Positions 1 through 12,809 of a stretch of 64,000 nucleotides of DNA are shown one piece after another. The DNA comes from Neodothiora populina (lineage: Eukaryota): positions 1,798,001-1,862,000 of the forward strand of contig NW_027191405.1 in the NCBI RefSeq assembly GCF_041146345.1, read 5' to 3'. How positions within the stretch are numbered: position 1 is the stretch's first letter; every line of letters begins with the position of its first letter. Under the pieces are notes generated by a model that did no database searches, had not been told where the DNA came from, and was given only the letters and a program-made list of their open reading frames with translations. A program made the position numbers and the translations under genes.

Positions 1-2
1 AA

Positions 3-1091
3 ATCCTCGATCGTCCTCCTACACCAAAGTCTGCATCTATCATCACCCTGAGGATGTGGAAGATGATCATTGGTCAGGCAATTTTCCAGATCGTTGTCAC
101 TTTCGTCCTCAATTTCGCCAAACACAAGGGTGGTAATGGAATCCTCTCTTACAACAATGAGCTGGAGGAGAGACGACTAGCTGCGCTTGTATTCAACACG
201 TTTGTGTGGATGCAGATCTTCAACGAATTCAACAATCGTCGCTTGGACAACAAATTCAACATCCTTGAAGGCGTGCACCGCAATTCCTTCTTCATCGTAA
301 TCAACATCATTATGATCGGTGGACAGGTCATGATCATCTTTGTGGGAGGCAGAGCCTTCAACGTGACAAGGCTTACCGGAGCGCAGTGGGGTCTATCGGT
401 CGGATTGGGTGCTATATCGATCCCCGTTGGTGTTATAATTCGTCTGATTCCGGATAACTGGATCCGCGCGATGATCCCGGATTGGCTCAGACGTAAGGTC
501 CAGCCCAAGGTAGCCATCACGGACGAAGAGACAAATCCGTTTGATGAATTCAATCGTGCGATTCAAGAGATCCGCGACGAGTTGACATTCATCAAGAGGA
601 TCAAAGGCGGTCGACTCAACCAGCTCAAGTTTGCCGTACAACATCCACGCGAGGCTCTCCTTCATTCCCGAAGTCCATCGCGGTCTCGCAGTAGCATGTC
701 GCTTCCGCAGACGCCGATTGGCGAGCACAGTGAACACGATGGCGGAGTTTCTCCTGCACCGTCTCATGCACCTTCGAGTCGTCGCCGTGGACGATCGCGT
801 TCAAATTCGGCATTTGCTGGTGTAGCCGCCGCCGGCATTATGGCTGGCTCCATTGGCGGTTGGAGTCCAATCGATCGTAGTCATGGTGACGAGAGTCCAA
901 GATACTCACATGCGCGGTCAAGGAGTGAGCTGAACCGTGAAAATGGAATAGATTTTCACCCAGACACCAAGTCTAGGGATCCCGTTGTCTTGGAGGATCC
1001 TATGGAGCAAACGGACGATCACCCACCGTCACAAGCCGTGAACACTACACCCAACTTTCCGGTGGGTCCCTTTAAGGGCTCCCCTTCATGA
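3..1091 (+). CDS. PMC1: P-type IIB Ca2+-transporting ATPase (vacuolar PMC1/PMCA type), 3' part; gene begins before the window
   Basis: Open frame from nt 3 (ILDRPPTPKSASIITLRMWKMIIGQAIFQ...FNTFVWMQIFNEFNNRRLDNKFNILEG), the typical Cation_ATPase_C segment, followed by a Ser/Arg-rich tail. Confidence 0.9.
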   Translation: MLDRPPTPKSASIITLRMWKMIIGQAIFQIVVTFVLNFAKHKGGNGILSYNNELEERRLAALVFNTFVWMQIFNEFNNRRLDNKFNILEGVHRNSFFIVINIIMIGGQVMIIFVGGRAFNVTRLTGAQWGLSVGLGAISIPVGVIIRLIPDNWIRAMIPDWLRRKVQPKVAITDEETNPFDEFNRAIQEIRDELTFIKRIKGGRLNQLKFAVQHPREALLHSRSPSRSRSSMSLPQTPIGEHSEHDGGVSPAPSHAPSSRRRGRSRSNSAFAGVAAAGIMAGSIGGWSPIDRSHGDESPRYSHARSRSELNRENGIDFHPDTKSRDPVVLEDPMEQTDDHPPSQAVNTTPNFPVGPFKGSPS

Positions 1092-1676
1092 GCAAGGTCT
1101 AAAGCTCAGAGATGAACCAAGATTGTCTATTGGTTTGATTTTAATATTGCGCGTTAGAGCGTTTCTTCTTCTTTTCGATGGGTGTTTTCCAAGCGGCATC
1201 AAGGGCTGGAATGAATACTGGCACAGGGTTGTCGCCAACAAATATGTCGTTTAATTATCGGCAGGCTACGTCGTCTGCGTTTGCCAACGGTCACGATGGT
1301 ACATACGTTTTTTATTCTGGGATATTCCTAACTTCGCAATACGATACCTTGGTTGTTTATGAGATTCACGCTTTAGTCCTTTGGCAAGTCAACCATGTCA
1401 AAAGTATATCAATAGAGTTGAAGAGGTTTGTCAAGTCGAACATGACAGATATCGCACAGCATACTACTCATACGACCATCATATACCCTTCACGTGAAAG
1501 GGTGATGATGATCGGATTTGGTGCTCAGCCCGCCATCGTACGACCACCATTTTAGTTTACTGCTTCATCCACAAAAGTCGCGTCTGGTACATACCATATC
1601 CCGCAAGTGATGGTACAGTTCAACGCTTCGTACTGCTCAGGCAAAAAAAAACACCAAACAAACGTCCAAAATCACA

Positions 1677-3335
1677 TCACCGCCAAGGATTCGAATCACC
1701 CTCGAGCTCAAAGACATCTCTAGGCTGCGCGCTTCCCTTGCTCAGCGGCCTCAGATTAATGTCGAAATCCTCGTCGTCAGCCGCAAGCCTATCAGTGATA
1801 CACCTAGTACGATGCAGCACCTCAGGGGCCAGCAGCCTCCCACGGTGCTCAGCAGCGACATGCTGCATGAGGACATCGACGCCATGAAACACGGCCGATT
1901 TCTGGCCCATGAACATACAGAACATGCACTGATAAGCATACCGCTCATTGCTCACTCTGTCCTGCTCGACATGCGACTTGGCGAGGAAGTGCCAGCGGAA
2001 ACTGATGCCTTTGCCCGAGTGCCAGATCTTGTCGAGTTGGTCTAGTGGTAGGCGGTATGCGAAGACGCAGCGGCTGGAGCCGCAGGCGAGATAGTGCACT
2101 TCGCTGCTCGACCACCCGTTGTTGAACTCGACTTTTTTCTTCACCGCGTCTTCCGCCCCGCATTGTAGTTTCCAGGCGCCTTTGTAGAAGCCTAGGTACG
2201 CGTTGTCTGCGCCTGGTACTTGTACGCTTGATGATTGTGGTTGGTTAGAGGCTGAGGGTTGCATGTGCAACTCGTGTCCTGGTGACGACCCCGTCATCGC
2301 GTTTGTCCATTGTGCTGATGCTGTTGCTGCTGTCTGGTCGCCCCATATCAGGGTCTGGTCCTCGACGGAGTAGAGGGCTCGATGAAAAGGAGACAATGTG
2401 TCCGGGGATGCCTCCATTGATGATTTGTCACTGTGACGCAAGGCTGGTGGTATGGAGTAAACAGATGGGCCTTCTACAGGTTCATATTGTGATTCCCTGG
2501 GAGAATCTTCGATTCGCTGGTCGTCCTTGGTTTTCTTGAATCGCAAAACTTCGCGATAACTCGGAAAGTAAGAGACTCCACTTTCTGAATTCGAGGTCCT
2601 TCTTCTACTACCTTTCGTCGTCGTAGGTATCGAGATTGCCCTCTGATGACTGGTGAGTGCATGTGTAGCTGGAGGGGATACAATGGTCTCCTGTCGCACC
2701 GCTGATGGAATTGGCGGCATTGAAAATGTCCTCTCTATATAAGGAAGTGGTGGTGAAATGGGCATCTGGATCGGCGCAGCAATCACAAGGCGTTGTCTGA
2801 GCTGCATCAACGCCGTCACCGTTTGGTCTCTACCGAGATCCGAAGCGTACAACGCAGGTCCAAAGTCTATCATCTGGTCATCCTGCAGCGCAGCGGCGAG
2901 CTGTTCGAACAGCTGTGCCTGCAGCTCGATTCTAATCTGGCGTAATTGCAAGAGTGCTTCTGCATCACCCCTTTCGAACCTCGTCCCAAGTCGAGTTACT
3001 CCTCGGACCTTCTCTGACTCGATGTCATGAGCCGCTTCAGTCAGAGATATGTCGAGGTTTTGCGAAGGTGGTAGACAGGCTTGTTTGTTTCGTCTTCTCT
3101 CCCTTATCCTGGTAACTACCTCGCGGCCATCTTCATAGGCGCTGATTATCGCTGCCACGCAAGCCTACCATATCGGCATTAGTAAATCCTCGGGCAATAA
3201 GTCCTCCTGATTAGAGTCTAGTCATGATCATGCTGTGTGATTCAATGCATGTCATGATATTCTTTCTCTTGATATGTTGAGCTACAGGAAAACAGAACCC
3301 ACGATGATTCCAACAATTTTTCCGATTCCAGACAT
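1677..3335 (-). CDS. Conserved fungal hypothetical protein with N-terminal helical domain and C-terminal Cys/His (zinc-finger-like) region
   Basis: Exon 1 3335-3303 (MSGIGKIVGII), then a GTGGGT...TACTAAT...TAG intron, joining in phase to ACVAAIISAYEDG of the 493-aa ORF; C-terminal CMFC...HVAAEH. Confidence 0.7.
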
Positions 3336-3860
3336 AGTCTCGGCTGTCGCGATGAGCAAGTGTTGGGGAATGCCATCCGTCAGTCGGTCGTCATATCAAA
3401 GTATTGAAAGTGTTGGTCATTGGGGTATGCAAGGCATGATGATCCCAGTGCCCGCCGCTGCACTAAGGCGACCATAACCCCCGCACCACGTAGTCGCCAT
3501 GCAGGTTGCGCGTGGCTTGGTTATCGCGCACCTCTGAGTGGATGTATCATTCGATTGATTGGAGCCGGCTTCCAAAAGCAGCTATGCAGCGATTAATTCT
3601 CAACCGCGGCGTTTTCGGAACCTCTTACAGTGCCTGTGCTGATCCATTGAGATGCGGATTTTTAGTGAAGTATTGCGACACTTATAGAGATATATTTGTG
3701 TATATAATATCTGTGAGTCAAGTGGAGCCCGCAACTCACTAGTTCGTCTCGTCGCACTGCTAATCACTCTGCTTGAAGATGGAAAAAAATATGCATGCCA
3801 TCATACTAAATAGACATCAAAAGTATCGGATCGAGACTGGGCCTTCGCGCTTAATACACA

Positions 3861-5411
3861 CTACAGCCCTATGACGAACTCCATACCACCTTCCTCGTCT
3901 CGTGACAGCTCTTGCAGTCCATATCTAGGCGATGCCACACTAAATGCGCGAGTGTAAGTAGGTATGACGATCAAGTCTCCCAATTCTCGCATTCGCTTAC
4001 CTCCAATTCAAGTTTCCAACACACATGCATTTGCAATTCGCGATGAAGAGCTCGATGGCGCATGACAGATCATCTTGTGTATATTCGACATCGGCAGGAA
4101 TCTCTTTGAGCATAGAAAGTAGCTGTGAGATGGAGCGACGCTCTGTTTGACCACAATAAGTCGACAACAGATTGAAGGCTGCGAGCTCGAGTCGCTGAAT
4201 AGACGCTTTCAAGAGATTGATTGCGGTGTCCATGCCACTTTGAGCGCTGTAAGCAAGGTCGCTACACAGCACGACAAGATTCTCAACGAATCCCTCGGCC
4301 TATTCGTGTGGTTGATCAGCACGGTGCTGTCGTATTCATTGGTCTTACTCAACTCACCAGCTCTTTCTTGGCCGATACTATATCGTTAGTGCTGGATAAG
4401 TGTCAACAAGCTGTGTGTAGAGCGCATATCTGAATCGACCTACATCCAATGAACAAGACATGTCTCTTTCCACAAACTACGCATGTCAGGAGATTCAATA
4501 ATGTGTATTGGTATCCTGAGTTCGTTTGCAAATCTGTGATGTTGTCAACAAGTGCGCGCAGCGCAGCCTCGTCAGACACTTACTCGATCATGGCTACTAC
4601 TTGTCGGCAGCAGCTAGAGCCCTCACGGTAATCCCAATACTCCTCGAAGCTTGGGATAGTCCCTATCAGACGGAGTTGCTGTTCACTCCGATAACCATCC
4701 AGGGTCAGTCGAGCTTCATCAAGGAACATCACTCGCTTTTCTGTAACAGCATTAGCTGCGAAAGTGAAGCTGGCGGAAGTCGACCAAAGTGTACCATATG
4801 AATAGCTTCGGCAGAGCGCGCTGCCGATTCTTCGGAAGCTTTCAGCAGTCGGACTGACGCTCTTTCTGTCTTCAGCATGTGCCGTGTCTCCCAGCTTCAA
4901 GCTCTGTTGCACTACTTCAAGTGTTTCGCGGTATAAGGCAGCAAAGGCATCTTGATCGAAGTGATTCGGCATGGACATGGCATCGATTTCGTCATCAACC
5001 AGGAACATCCAGCCACAAAAATAGGTCAAATCAATGAGTTTCTCTTCGCTGGAATATGGGAACCAGACAGACAGGAGATAATCAAGGTTCGCCTTCTTCA
5101 ATTTCATCGTCATGGCTGCACTCATGCTGTACCTGCTTCGCGTTAATCACGGGCACTGACAAGCCATCCAAGATGACTTACTTGTCCAATATATCCGCGA
5201 TAACCGCTTTGACGGTCTCTCGATGAGGATTTATGTCCATCGGCCAGCCACTCATGAGAGGTCGAAGGTCTGGGATGCGGACTTTCTGACCTCGGGATCG
5301 AGACAAGACATTTTCGCGACCGTACGGCTGCAGACTAGACTCCCGATACTGGTCGGTTTGAGGGCCCCTGTAAAAAGCGGGAGATTCGTATAAGGTAGGA
5401 GAAGTATACAT
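3861..5411 (-). CDS. Class I terpene cyclase (probable sesquiterpene synthase), 7 exons
   Basis: Manual splicing gives DDxxD (VDDEID), pyrophosphate-sensor Arg (YWDYREGSS), NSE triad (TNDIVSAKKE) and C-terminal WxxxxxRY (WSVASPRY); six GT-AG introns keep the frame. Confidence 0.9.
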
Positions 5412-6917
5412 ATTGATAAGTGAAGCAAAAGTGATTCAAGGTGCTGTTGCGCAGATGCTCGATATGCGAGATGAAAGACACTTACCAGATGATTGGACGA
5501 ACTCTAGAGGCTGCTCTTATACCTACCAGATCCGCTTGAGTCGCTGATATCATCGAGAGGACAAACCCACAGCATTCAAGTACCATCATCTGGTACATAC
5601 TACGATTGCGTGTCGGAATGCTACTGGTCAGGAGCTCGAGGAACTAGTGCTACTTCGCATTGTGGGCTTGACACAAGCCCTTGTAGTATCGTGTGTTACT
5701 CCGAGGTACCCATCCGCCTCCGGACGGTCCCATCATCCTGGATACTTGCGACACAACGCTCGATAATTCAAATCTTGAATTGTCAATCATTGCACTGTCA
5801 CATTCGACTGCCTCTCTCGGGTACAAACTCTCCGCTAATGCAACTTCGATACAGGCGCCTCGGGATTTTCAATAGTCTGTGAGGAAATGTGGTGAGACCT
5901 ACCCGTCTCATGCGTTACTGTACTCGGCCATGCAAGGGACGCTCGATGGCGCAGACACATCGTATCCGCTAAGTTGAAATCCAGTTGCTGCTTTGGGATG
6001 CATTGTGGACAATAGCCTTCATGTCTGCAGATACCAATAGCGCAGGAAAGATATATGGCCAAGAGAGACTATCAGGGCTCACTGATATACCTGCCGTGCT
6101 CAAAGACGTGGGGAGTCGCCCGGTTTTGAGGGTCGTATCAGACCTTAGCTCCTATATAAGGGCCAAGGAGGCTTGTCGATTCTGGTAGCGGGGCTGCGGA
6201 TTGTTCATAAACAATTCTCTCTTTGCTTTAAATGCGCATGGTCTCATAGAGCAGATTTGCGAAGAGAGATGAGTATCCTCAAGATCGCGTAGATAAAGTC
6301 ATGAGACTTTTTCTCGAATTGGCCCTTTCAGCAGGCTGCGGTATTTACCGCAATCACCCGGGCTTGTCGGCTCAGAGGCATCTCATCTCTGTGTCCGGCG
6401 TGCCCAAGATGGCTCTCTAATGTGAATTTACCTTTGATGCAAACGTTCCACTGTCCAGTTAAGTAATGAGCGGAAGATAGCTAACACTCCCATTGCTCAT
6501 CAAGGGCACGCTGTCGATCAGCCTGGCAAGCGGGGACATATGAAAAGAATGTGGATGAGGTGTGGTGCTGCAGAGCATTGTACAGTATGTTCGAGATGAA
6601 CAGTGGTGCTCTTAGTGCACTTTAGGTATCCATGGCATGCACGCCTCGCATGCGCTCCATGCATCATACCTTAAAGACCCTGACGGACGTAGTGATTAAA
6701 CTGAAAGATCTCCGGTCTTGGCGAGCGACTCCCGGAGAAGACCATGTTATACTCTCGTGCCTTATGATACAATGACCTAGGACGAGTACATAAGGTAGGT
6801 AAGGTATATAAGAGAATTAAATTCATGCTCTTCTACTCGGAAACGAATACAACGTATATCACAATATCTTATCATACATAGCAATCTAAGGTCATATCAT
6901 ACCAAAAGCAATCAAAT

Positions 6918-8268
6918 ATGCCTCAGCTCGTTGGAAAGGAAGTTGGAGAACTGGGTGAGTGGCAAAGGTCATGAAATAGTATAAAGTCCAGTACTAACTC
7001 ATGGATTAGGTTATGGCTTGATGGGTAAGAAAATGGATCGAGCTCGTCTCAACATGTATAGTACAGGATCATGTACTGAACCTGGTTTCTTAGGTCTCAC
7101 CTGGCGTGCGAGTCCTCCCACACAGGAGACATCCTTCCGCGCAATGAAGGCATCTCTCGCTGTCGGTTCGAACTTCTGGAATGGTGGTGAATTATATGGC
7201 ACACCTGAGCGTAACAGTCTTCATCTGCTCTATGAGTATTTCTTCAAGTACCCCGAGGATGCCGAGAAAGTGGTCCTGTCTATAAAGGGCGGTCTAGAGC
7301 GAGGCCAGATGGCTCCCAAGTAAGCATCGCTTATAATGCTATGAAACCTATCCGGATCATAGAGCTAAGATTGTTTCTAGCGGAACGAGGGAGAACGTCA
7401 GGCGCAGTATTGATGAGTGCTTGAATGTACTTGATGGCAAGAAGTTTCTTGACCTCTTCGAGTGTGCCCGTGTCGATCCAAAGACACCAATCGAAACCAC
7501 AATAGAGGCTATTGCAGAGTATATCAAAGAAGGCAAGCTTGGCGGGATATCTCTGTCCGAGTGCTCAGCAGACACAATTCGACGAGCAGCTAAGGCAAGC
7601 ATGAACAAGCAGCACTCCTTGAACTCCGACTGACTATGAGTAGGTTCACAAGATCAGTGCTGTTGAGGTTGAGTACAGTTTGTGGGCAACAGACATTGAG
7701 GTTGGTTTTCTACGAACTATACTATAGAAGAAACGTTACTAATCTCTCGTGCAGAAAAACGGTGTTGCCGAGGCTTGTGCGGAACTCAAGATCCCAATCA
7801 TTGCTTACTCGCCTCTAGGACGAGGTTTCTTGGTAAGTACTCGATGCTAGCATGACACGGCGAGGGCGAAGCTGACAGTTGCCACAGACCGGACAGATCA
7901 AGAGTTTCGATGATCTCACGGAAGCAGACTTCAGACGCACACAGCCTAGATTTCAGGGTGAGAACTTCGAGAAGAACATGCAGCTCGTGCGAGATATTCA
8001 GAAGATTGCCGACAAGAAAGGATGCACTCCGGGTCAAATTGCGACCTCGTGGATCCTCACAAGGCAAAAGCTCCTAGGCACTGTGATCATTCCTATCCCT
8101 GGCTCCTCCACCGAGGAGAGAGTGAAGGAGAACAGCGTCGTGATCGATCTTAGCGAGGACGATTTGTCAGAAGTCAACAGCGTACTCAAGTCGGCGACCA
8201 TTGTGGGTGGCCGCTACGGTGGACCAGGTGCAGCTCTTGAGTGGGGCAACAGTGCTCCATTGCAGTAG
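6918..8268 (+). CDS. Aldo-keto reductase, pyridoxal reductase-like (multi-exon)
   Basis: MPQLVGKEVGELG|YGLMG|LTWR...FWNGGELYG...DLFECARVDP...AYSPLGRGFL...IPIPGSS; several short GT-AG introns. Confidence 0.88.
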
Positions 8269-9178
8269 TTTCTAGCCATGCGGGCATGTTTCAATGAAGG
8301 AGCACTGGTCTCGAACTGGGCACTCAAAAAACATGAATCGAGGCGGTGGCATTACAGTCATTCATTAGCTACTTCAATACTATATGGAAGAACAACCACC
8401 AGCTATATAACAGACTTCGAGGGGCACATTTGACTGTGAAGTCATTGTCAGCTTCAGATAGATACGAGTGCAGTGAGTGTGCAATAAAGGCTCGGTGTGT
8501 CCAATTGTGTCAGATCAAGTGTAGTGTGAATTAATCCTCATAATACGGCTTCCTAGGAAACCGTCCGCAGATTGCCCCTAGAGACAACAGCAGAAGTAGG
8601 ATTTGCAGAATTCAAGTCTGCTCATCACGAAGGATGGATGGGAAAGAATGTGCTAGTATTTGACTTACCTGTGGATCAACAGGGCAACACGATCAGGCGT
8701 CGTCTGACAGCTGTCATAAGGCCGAGACGTAAGTCAGCTGCGTGGTGCTGATGCTTACATTGTAACTACTGTAAGTCGTCAAAGTGTCGCACCATCATAC
8801 AGTGTGAGATACAGGTATGTAGTCACGAACAGGTAAAGGTCTACGAGTGCAAAGCGGAAATTGATGTGTGTACAATTCTGAAGCCTTGTGTTTTAAGTCC
8901 GATGCCAAGACTTGTTCGGCTGCGCATGTCATGTAGACCCAGTGCCAACATCTAAGATACCCTGAGCAGAACAATGTGTTGAAAACTGTATTAATACGAC
9001 TTTCACGAATACCTAACCACAGCATTCTGCTTTTGGATCGGGTCCGGACTAGTGAGCTTATCTTTTACCAGTGACTCCGCTGTGTCGTGTTGTCAATTTG
9101 TTACCAATCTGAAGGGGTCTGTGGGAGTCGAATAACATTTCTAGGCTAACATTGCCCAACAACCTTGAGGCAAGGAAC

Positions 9179-10035
9179 ATGTCTTATATGCCAGATTCTG
9201 TCGGCCAATATAGTGCGGCTGATGTGCACAGCCAGTCGAGGTATGATGGCCCAGCCTATACCTCGACACCACCTCCGCCACCACCAAAGCCTGCTTCCGG
9301 GCGTAACAGCGCAATGGGGACCCCATTAAGAAATGTACCACCGCCTCCACCGCCTCCACCTCCCGGTTATGAGCCCAATCCCTCTGCACAATCTATGGCT
9401 CGAGACCGGCCGGCACCTGATGATTACCAGATCTCACTGCCTACACCTGGCTGGTTGCCACCCTTTGTACAAGATCTATCGTAGGCCTGCCCGTGTTACT
9501 TCGCGGCACAGCGTCCGCATTGCCTCAGCTGACTTGATACAGAACACAAGACCTTCGTACACTAATCGAAGACCCTTCATTACAGGCTTCGCTTCTGAAT
9601 AACCCAGAAACCACTCATCCTTCCATTCCTGCCTCGCGTGCTCCCCTTCAGCAGGCTTTAGAAGGCAACATTGCCTTAGCTTCATCACTGCAGCAGCTTG
9701 AATCTAATCTAACTCATCAGCGTGCCGCAGTTCAGTCGCGTCTACTGGCTCTGCGCGCTCTTGAGCAGCAACACAGATCCAAGATCGCTGAAACTGAACA
9801 TGCTTTACGCAACTTCAGTCCAATGGCTCTTTATCAACGACTGAACACTAGTGTACAGGAGCAAAATGCTCTAGTTAGAGGCATCGAGGAAAGCTTTCTT
9901 GATGAGTCTGCCTTGGCATCCGACAGGGAGCTGTCCGATTTCCTTCGTCGTTTGAGAGAAGCTAAAAGGCTCTCCTTCCTCAGGTCGCAACGCAAGGAAC
10001 GGTGGGACGAAGGCAGGGTGGGTGGTTGGAGATGA
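9179..10035 (+). CDS. VPS37: ESCRT-I subunit Vps37-like (Mod(r) domain) protein
   Basis: Pro-rich N-terminus, intron 9481-9542, coiled coil, C-terminal RKERWDEGRVGGWR as recalled for filamentous-fungal Vps37-domain proteins. Confidence 0.7.
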
Positions 10036-10994
10036 GCAGTCTACCTCTCGAATCGTACCATGGTCTGGGGACAACTGCGGTTCTGCTAGAATCACCTGTC
10101 ACACCTCACGGTAATTGCGGCATCCCGGATCCCAGTACGATCGACACATCTCCCTACTGCATGAACCTCCATGGGGACTCTCTCGGGCATTGCGGACCTA
10201 TGGACACCTACCAACACTTTACAATGCATATGATGAAATTCTCATTCGCTTGTGCATCAGCCTAGCAAGTGTAATCAATTATCGATATGCTAGGTATGGC
10301 AAGGTAAGGCAGCGACTTAATATGCTGGGAGCACGTGAGTCGGCACTAGCCGGGAGCTTTCGCAAACGAGCAAGGTATGTCACACACGCCTACGACATTT
10401 CCTGTCCATACACAACGTTCAACTTCGCCACAACGTTCTTCGCTCTATGAACGTAGTCTGGTCAATCATTGGACGCGTCACTCCCAAATATCCTCATCTC
10501 CATGAATGCCCACATTCAGTCGTGGGTCCGCCTTGTTCCCCCGCATGGAGCGTCCCTCTCCCGGCCCTAGCGTTATTTACCCCACATTGTCTCGTGTCTC
10601 CGGGAAGTTTGGAGCTGCAGGGCCGGGGAAGTTACTATTGGTCGTGTGAGCTCTGGGCTGATCTGGTGTGAGCTAAGGAGCTACACCTCTAGTCACCTCA
10701 GAGACCTTACCCAGACCAGTCAATTGGCCTCGAGCTTGAGTGAAGGAAGCTATCTACCCAGGTCCAGTGACCATGGCAATACAACCATCGTCAGACCAAA
10801 AACCCCGCACCATAACGTGATCAGAAATGCTACTACATCCCTCCCTGAGCTCAGCTCCCTCCTACCTTTCCTTTTTCTCCTCAAGTCTGTCTTGATATAA
10901 GAAGCCAGCCTTTGCCTACCATTTGCTCTATCCATCCAATCCCCGTACAAAGCCAACCTAAGCCTAACCAGCTTTACTTGCAAAAACCCGAACC

Positions 10995-11825
10995 ATGACA
11001 ACAGAAGCCCATATCCCCCTTTCCAAGGTCGATTCTGCTATTGAGCATGGCGATGCTCTCCCTCATGATTCTAAGATCAAGCATCGTCGAACTAGCAGTA
11101 CGGTGTCAGGAGTCTTTAGTATCAATGACCTTGGTACGCATTCTCTTGAGTTCGGTGTCTCTGACAGTACTGACAATGTACAGAGAAAGAGAACGTGGAC
11201 CTTCAAATAGCAATAGAAACGCAGAAAACCGGATGGTGAGTAACATACTAATGTGTTCCTATGTACTTATGTACCGTTGAACGCTTATATATGCCTGTGA
11301 TGCTGCGTTTGATATTCGTCATCACCTATGTGGACAAGGTCTTTTTGTATGGAGCTCGACTGACCTCGATATAGGAAGTTAAATACCTCACCTTCGAAGC
11401 TGGAAGACAAGGAGATGCTTTCGAAGCTTCTCGTAGTTCCTCCGATCAAGAGGATCGACCTGGCTTTCCCTCTCGGTCTCACAGTTACTGCCCGTAACAT
11501 GAAGGGTGTGACGATTAAAGACGCATTAGAAGCAATTTACAAGCAGTTCAAGAAGAAGGTTCGTGTCTTCTGATCTTTCTGATTCGTCATATTGCCCATT
11601 GTCAAACCCACTCATCCGTCTGCACGACACACTGATATTGCCTGCCTTGAGACTAACATATGTCAGGATGACGACGAACTAGGCGAGAACCCCTACTTGG
11701 CCGGTTTCGAGTGGGACAGAGATGAATGCTACACCAAATTCATCGTGCACCAGAAGAAGACAGGTGAGGAAAAGGCGCCCGGAAGCGGTAAGAAGAAGAA
11801 CAAGAAGGACAAGACCGTGGAATAG
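10995..11825 (+). CDS. Small conserved fungal protein of unknown function (4 exons)
   Basis: Spliced product ...HRRTSSTVSGVFSINDLE...IAIETQKTGWKLNTSPSKLED...FPLGLTVTARNMKGVTIKDAL...PYLAGFEWDRDEC; canonical introns. Confidence 0.75.
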
Positions 11826-12809
11826 AGTCTTCGCTCTGCCGAACCAGACCTTTTGCACACACGAATACCTTCTTGCCGCATTCCGCTCTTTTCTTGTTCG
11901 TCGTGTCCACATAGTGTAAGCGGCCCTGGTGTCGAGGTGTACTCTATTGAAGTGTCTTTTTGCCCCTATGCGTAGAGGCATATTTTGACGAGGTTTGCAT
12001 GACCTCTGTCAGGCTGAGATCCGGGCGTTGTCGTCCCGGTAGCCTTTGATGTACTGGTACATCCTTTTATTTCTTGCTTTTAATCCAATAACAACAATAT
12101 TCTTTCGAAACACAATGTCTGCACAACAATCGAATTGTAATGATGTGAATGACAATGTCAATATTGTAATGCTGTATAATGTGCCTGGATAAGGTAAGTA
12201 AGCTTCACCTCGATCCAATACTTGACCATTGAACGTAAATGTCATGTGGTTATATCCATATACATATATACTGTGTTCCTACAAATCAAGGTACATTCAT
12301 CATCGCAATGTCCAGCAGACCAGATTCCCCGATGGAGACTTACTTGTACATACGAACAACCAACAGGAAGACGTCGAACGAAGCCAGGTGGGTAAAGATA
12401 ACGCCTGGCCGACGCTAATTAAGGTACGTTACTTCATGGTATCTGAGCTAGTGCAGGACGACCATATCTGATATTGTACCTGCCATTTCTTACTTCAATC
12501 TTGATACGGCGCTTATTGCGTTTCTCTTTGGCTGTTTACTGTAATTATTGTACTCGGCCATAGGCTGTAGAGAGACTCTGGGCGTGGCCGGTCACTGTTC
12601 GGTTCTTGTCGCCCGGGCTTTGGTGTTGGACACGTGCCGTGCTAGACGACACTATATATTGTGTCCTTAGTCCACATCTCGCAGTCTGGCTCGACTGAGG
12701 TGTTCATCGTACGCGTTGTGGGGTCTATAGCTTGAGGTCTATTCTTGAATAAGACTCGGAAGTCACATCTACAGTCCACCCAGTCTCTTTCATCACCTCA
12801 CCTCTCACC

